DNA of 48,814 nucleotides from sequence record NC_020204.1, one strand, 5' to 3'. Every line of letters begins with the position of its first letter. Positions within the stretch are counted from its first letter, which is position 1. The notes below the pieces were generated by a model that saw only the letters and a program-made list of their open reading frames with translations, was not told the origin of the DNA and did no database searches. Below, piece by piece: positions 44,376-48,814 of this stretch. Origin of the DNA: Klebsiella phage JD001. Both the position numbers and the translations under genes were made by a program.

Positions 44376-46649
44376 TTACCCCCAATATGAGATGCGAATT
44401 TCTTTCATGTAGTTGTCGATTACATTGTTGTACATATACAAGTGTACATACCATGAGTTATCAAGTCCATTGGTTGTGTCCGTCATTTTCACAAGGCCCG
44501 GACTGACGCTAGTACTGTATTGCGCGGTTAGAGTCGTATCCGTTTGTCCTGTTGTCGCCACCCTCGTGTTTGAAAACGCACTGTAAGGTGCTGTAGATAT
44601 ATTACCATCAAACGCGACCATCTGAATCAATTCGGCCCGAATGGTCGAGCCAGCAGTAAAAGCGGCATCACCGTTTGCGTTAAAGCTGCAAAATAGAGAA
44701 ATAGTGTCAAGTGCTTTAAAGCTGGCCGGAACTTCCCATAAGAAATGTAAGTCCGTGGATGCTTTAGTTCTCACTATCTTACCGTATGACCACGCGGTGG
44801 TATCACTCTTGCTGTTCGTAAGTATGTCGGCAGGACGAAGATATTTATACCGGCGTAAATAACCTTTAACGGTGTTATTCTGGAGATACTGTCTGAAGAA
44901 TACGGTTGCACTCTCAATCACACCGAATGATGCTGGTTCGTTCCGCACGATGTTACCACTGGCGTTCACGTTAGCGAACAAGATGTCATAAGGCGTTGTA
45001 CTATCGGCGTTAAAATCGGAAAAAATATCGTATTTTGACGCTACAGAAATCAACGCTACGGTTGCTTGTCCGCTCACATTACTAATGTAGTTGGGTTTGG
45101 TCGAATCCAGATATGATACATTCGTGTAGAAGGTCGCAACCGTGCGTTTGCAGTTTCTCACATTGATGTTGGAAACTGTACACCCTTTCGAATTGTTGAG
45201 TAAAACACCCTCAGCAGTATTAGACAGCCCAAGGTTGGGTACGTTCATGTTTGTAATTGAGCAGTTTTCAACAACATTTGTAGCAACGCATGAGCCGTGG
45301 TCAATATCCGCAGGATAAGAGCTGTGTTGCCACATTTTATCGATGGAACAATCCGTACTATTGGAAATAAAGCCAACGCTGTAAAAAGTCCTTACCTGGT
45401 TAGGCTTATCGACATGTAAGTTCCAAGCGTGACAGTTATAGCACGATGGAGTTTCGGGTGGAGTATCAGACCCCATACCTATCAACTGAGTCCATCCGTC
45501 ACCACCACCCCATATGTTATACGCAACACAATTCTGTGCGTTAACAAAATTGATACCGTAACCACCGTGTGTATTTGTTCCGGTATATGTGGCAACTAAA
45601 TACAAATCGTGAATCTTAGCCCCAGTAATTTGTACAAAAGACTGGTTGTCACGAAGAAATGTTCCGAGGGTTGGGTTTACAAATGATGTGTTTTCGGTGG
45701 ACGCAGCAGGGTAAGTACCAGCGCGATAATTCGCCAGTGTTGTATCTCTGTTAGCCTCCACGGATGACCCCATAACAAATCCACCGCGGCCTTTGTTGAA
45801 TATTGGGTCTTGAAATATAATTCTTGAACCTCTACCGGCACCATATACTTCGACATTGTCGAAGAGATGAACCGGGTATGTCATCAGGTAGCCACTGGTT
45901 GTCGGTGGGATATAAATAGATGCACCACCCAAACTCTGAGCAAACAAACACGCTTGCTGGAGTTTCCACGCATTATCAGTAGTACCATCGGCTACAGGTT
46001 CCCATTCAATAAATGAGATATTACCGTTGTTTTTTAATTTCCACCGCTTTCCTCCTGTGGTAACAACCACACCCCCTGACAGGTCTTCACTTGTAGTATC
46101 GGACGCATCGTGATAGTAGACAGACCCCCACGACATGGTGATTCGCTGTCCGTCTGTCACCGGTTCAACGGTGCGTAGAGTTGCGATATCCGGACAAGCC
46201 CCAATCAGACCAAACCCCTCTGTAGCGCTGAGATTGTCACGCAATATCTGGTCACTGTCTACCGCCCAAAACCCAACAGCAATACCACCCGTACCCGCAA
46301 CCGTGGAACCAGCCGGTACGGTCACAGGATAAGTACCCGTCCAGTAATACAGATAAGTACCGTCACTGATACGGTCAAGATTACTGTTCAAAGTACCACC
46401 AGTCGTGAAAGTGACAGTGCTCTTAACAGCGCTCACAATTGCTGTGGCAGCATTAGACGCGGAGTTAGCTGCATCTAATGCGCTGTTTGCGGATGCTGTG
46501 GCGCTACTCGCAGCGGCTGCAGCTGAAGCCGATGCACTCGATACGGCCGCTGATGCGGCGGCTGTCAAATCATCGACCTGCTGGAAATTGTTGTCCAGTT
46601 CGTCCCACGTTAAGGGTCGACCCAGGTCTGCGCGTTTGATAATGGTCAT
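44376..46649 (-). CDS. tail fibre/tailspike protein, beta-helix type
   Basis: 757 aa; N-terminal Ala/Ser-rich fibre-like segment; long C-terminal region rich in Asn/Gly/Ser/Thr turns consistent with a parallel beta-helix depolymerase fold (inference). Confidence 0.55.
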   Translation of the reverse strand: MTIIKRADLGRPLTWDELDNNFQQVDDLTAAASAAVSSASASAAAAASSATASANSALDAANSASNAATAIVSAVKSTVTFTTGGTLNSNLDRISDGTYLYYWTGTYPVTVPAGSTVAGTGGIAVGFWAVDSDQILRDNLSATEGFGLIGACPDIATLRTVEPVTDGQRITMSWGSVYYHDASDTTSEDLSGGVVVTTGGKRWKLKNNGNISFIEWEPVADGTTDNAWKLQQACLFAQSLGGASIYIPPTTSGYLMTYPVHLFDNVEVYGAGRGSRIIFQDPIFNKGRGGFVMGSSVEANRDTTLANYRAGTYPAASTENTSFVNPTLGTFLRDNQSFVQITGAKIHDLYLVATYTGTNTHGGYGINFVNAQNCVAYNIWGGGDGWTQLIGMGSDTPPETPSCYNCHAWNLHVDKPNQVRTFYSVGFISNSTDCSIDKMWQHSSYPADIDHGSCVATNVVENCSITNMNVPNLGLSNTAEGVLLNNSKGCTVSNINVRNCKRTVATFYTNVSYLDSTKPNYISNVSGQATVALISVASKYDIFSDFNADSTTPYDILFANVNASGNIVRNEPASFGVIESATVFFRQYLQNNTVKGYLRRYKYLRPADILTNSKSDTTAWSYGKIVRTKASTDLHFLWEVPASFKALDTISLFCSFNANGDAAFTAGSTIRAELIQMVAFDGNISTAPYSAFSNTRVATTGQTDTTLTAQYSTSVSPGLVKMTDTTNGLDNSWYVHLYMYNNVIDNYMKEIRISYWG

Positions 46650-47854
46650 ACGATGGTCACCGTGATGTTTGAGGTTGTCCAGCGGGATAATTCATTAAAG
46701 TCAATGGTAACATTCGCAGTGCCACCATTCAACGTCATACTGTTAACGTAACTGTTACCGTATGAACCAATAACTTTGTTAATAGGTGTGTAAAGTGAAC
46801 TGTACGGAACTGTTTCACCGATATCAAACCCGTCCGGCTTAAAACCGTACTCTGTAGGAATCAGACCGCCCGCGGCGTATTCCATGATGGCATCCTGAAT
46901 GAGTGGTTCGAGGGTTGCCTGAGACGGCAGCGTACCATCGTCTTTAATCTCAATGACTACCACCATGTCCACATACACGGGGCGACTGAATTTGATATCT
47001 TTGGTCATTGTCGGATAAGTAGGTGATGTGACTGTGACCGTTACTGGTGTACCAGCCTGATAAAGTGTGACACCCGGATTCTTTTTAAGGTAAATAGCCA
47101 TTGCTACGTTGTCGTCCGTACCACCATCGACGATAGGTGCAATACTGTGACCGGGCTGACCGTTGCTGTCGGTTGTGGCTTCGTCGTTCTCATAGACACG
47201 TACACGACGTACACCATCCACATTGAACAGTTGACCCAACATTGAATCGACCTGGTTACTACCCGGCAGACCTACAGCCGTTGCTCGTTTGAGGCGTAAC
47301 GACCCATCCGATTCAGCAGATGTACCGGGTGTTGCTGGAGTGGGGTTATTAACTGACACCAGACCGGCAACCGTGTCCACAATGGTCGTGATGGTGTTGG
47401 CATCTGCTTCGATTTCACCAACCGTGGTACATGTGATATCGACCGTTGCGGTACCTGAGCTATCCAGCGTCCACGTCTGGTCGAGCGTGAATCGATAACC
47501 CGTCACAGACGACTCAAAGCGCGTACCAGCGGGAACCTGAGTGCCAGGGGTACCCGTTAACACGAAACCCGTAACAGTGGACGCAGTACCTTCACTCCTG
47601 ACGGTACCTGTCAGCGCGCAAATCACGTCGAGGTCGTAGCCGCTGGCTTTGTTCGGGTCTTTGGAGTTGTACGCCTGTTGTAATACCTCATCGAGCGCGG
47701 AGAAGATTTCAGCATCATGTGCAATCTTCAACCCATCGGGGGTGGACGGGTCAAGATTCCAGTTACTGTCGATATCCAGATACAACTGTTTTTCTTCGTC
47801 GAACCAGTCATTCTGTGATTTTACGCTATAGCCGGTACTGGTTAATTCAGCCAT
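46646..47854 (-). CDS. baseplate J-like protein
   Basis: 402 aa between the W-like gene and the tail fibre, matching V-W-J-fibre order. Confidence 0.45.
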   Translation of the reverse strand: MAELTSTGYSVKSQNDWFDEEKQLYLDIDSNWNLDPSTPDGLKIAHDAEIFSALDEVLQQAYNSKDPNKASGYDLDVICALTGTVRSEGTASTVTGFVLTGTPGTQVPAGTRFESSVTGYRFTLDQTWTLDSSGTATVDITCTTVGEIEADANTITTIVDTVAGLVSVNNPTPATPGTSAESDGSLRLKRATAVGLPGSNQVDSMLGQLFNVDGVRRVRVYENDEATTDSNGQPGHSIAPIVDGGTDDNVAMAIYLKKNPGVTLYQAGTPVTVTVTSPTYPTMTKDIKFSRPVYVDMVVVIEIKDDGTLPSQATLEPLIQDAIMEYAAGGLIPTEYGFKPDGFDIGETVPYSSLYTPINKVIGSYGNSYVNSMTLNGGTANVTIDFNELSRWTTSNITVTIV

Positions 47855-48194
47855 TCTCGGTCACCGTTAATAATCCGTAGGAGGTCAACACGCTGGCGGT
47901 GACCGTATAAGTTTTGTTGTCGATGTCGAAATCGGTACTAAAACTGGTTAACTGCTGGACACCCGGAGTACCGGAGATGCGTTCACGGAGGCGTGCTTCG
48001 CGGACATCCATAGAAGTTTGTTTGTTGAGTATCTCCTGAAACCACGGGGTACCGTCGGTCACATCCCGGAAATACTCACCCAGAAACAAACGCAGGCGAG
48101 TGCGTATCGTCTGTTCTATTTCCAGTTGTTCAGTGATGAACATCGAACCCTGAGTAACGATATCACCATCTTCATCTAATTTACGTACTGTCAT
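47847..48194 (-). CDS. baseplate wedge protein (gpW/gp25-like)
   Basis: 115 aa, position between spike and J-like genes. Confidence 0.4.
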   Translation of the reverse strand: MTVRKLDEDGDIVTQGSMFITEQLEIEQTIRTRLRLFLGEYFRDVTDGTPWFQEILNKQTSMDVREARLRERISGTPGVQQLTSFSTDFDIDNKTYTVTASVLTSYGLLTVTENG

Positions 48195-48802
48195 CAGTTA
48201 TTCGGCCCCGTATTAGAACCACCGGAAGCAACGCCGCCATGAGTGTGACCATTGAGTTCTTTACCATCCAGCACCAGAGAGTTCAGTGCGGTAATGTTCC
48301 CGTCTTTATCGATGGTCACGCCATTAATGCTCACTGTGCCGTTTGCAAGAAGCTGAACGTTGCCGTTCCCATTAGCCATTATGCATGAACCATCACCCTT
48401 TAACCAGACGTGCTGTGATGCGTCAGCATTGCGCAAGCGTATCCCATCGTTGGAAAAACTTGCAATCAGGTTATCAAGTGAACGAATTCCCGGTACGAAC
48501 ATTGCGTCCTGTTTGTGATGAAAGCGTTTGACGGGGTTAGTAGCAATGCCGCCGGTCTGCTTCCATCCATCAATGCAACGTTGACTGAAATGTACCATAC
48601 CCTCACAACCCGGATTGACGGCAAATTCCAGTACGAAGTCATCGCCCGGGAAACTTACGGGAACGTCCACAATGGGCGGTGGGTCGAACGTAGTTTTAGC
48701 GACATCATCGGTCCGGGTGATTCCTAGTTGAATCTGCGCACGTTGGGTATCCGGGTCGAATGTCAGCACGTAACCCGGGATACACGTGTACACGTCCTTC
48801 AT
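48194..48802 (-). CDS. baseplate central spike/hub protein (gpV/Gp138-N-like); probably extends to the window edge and beyond
   Basis: C-terminal ...LNGHTHGGVASGGSNTGP... motif typical of P2 gpV-type spikes; no RBS at the 48802 ATG; open frame continues to 48814. Confidence 0.55.
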   Translation of the reverse strand: MKDVYTCIPGYVLTFDPDTQRAQIQLGITRTDDVAKTTFDPPPIVDVPVSFPGDDFVLEFAVNPGCEGMVHFSQRCIDGWKQTGGIATNPVKRFHHKQDAMFVPGIRSLDNLIASFSNDGIRLRNADASQHVWLKGDGSCIMANGNGNVQLLANGTVSINGVTIDKDGNITALNSLVLDGKELNGHTHGGVASGGSNTGPNN

Positions 48803-48814
48803 GTTCTCGAAAAA

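Overview
The window is a densely coded, mosaic genome segment of a tailed dsDNA phage, and quite possibly the complete, circularly permuted ~48.8 kb genome. The reason is that the 5' stub of a minus-strand gene at the left edge (1..54) is in frame with the 5'-truncated baseplate-spike ORF at the right edge (48194..48814).

Modules recognised:
- Head: a head/packaging operon on the minus strand (small terminase 22466..22936, large terminase, portal, MuF-like protein, protease/scaffold, decoration protein, major capsid protein 12821..13855, connectors).
- Tail: two tail blocks on the minus strand (sheath-like, tube-like, tape-measure-like, hub protein with SLT domain at 467..9400; spike/W/J-like baseplate proteins, beta-helix tailspike and a glycine-rich fibre at 42537..48802). 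These blocks become contiguous if the window ends are joined.
- Replication: a primase-polymerase/D5-type helicase fusion, an SF2 helicase interrupted by a LAGLIDADG intein, a VRR-NUC nuclease, a Cas4-like PD-(D/E)XK nuclease, an SSB candidate, and a compact family-B DNA polymerase that looks split by a homing-endonuclease gene.
- Lysis: SAR-endolysin, i-spanin and o-spanin, with convergent small membrane proteins that are pinholin/holin candidates.
- Mobile elements: at least six homing-endonuclease-type elements (2 HNH, 2 zinc-ribbon-repeat/T5orf172-GIY-YIG-like, 1 AP2-domain, 1 intein LAGLIDADG).

Non-coding architecture is unusually legible:
- About ten early promoters share a palindromic -35 element, TTGACG-N4-CGTCA(A), with a TA-AGT-type -10.
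- A 286-bp, ~96 %-identical direct repeat sits immediately upstream of both late (tail and head) operons.
- There are iteron-like 27-bp repeats and many hairpin terminators.
- An identical 28-nt DNA stretch encodes a shared GTPWDERIH peptide in two replication-region genes.
- Small early-gene cassettes, each with promoter, gene(s) and terminator, are intercalated in the structural module.

No integrase, repressor, CRISPR array or tRNA was found. Protein-family calls are made from motif recall only (no searches were run) and are graded accordingly.
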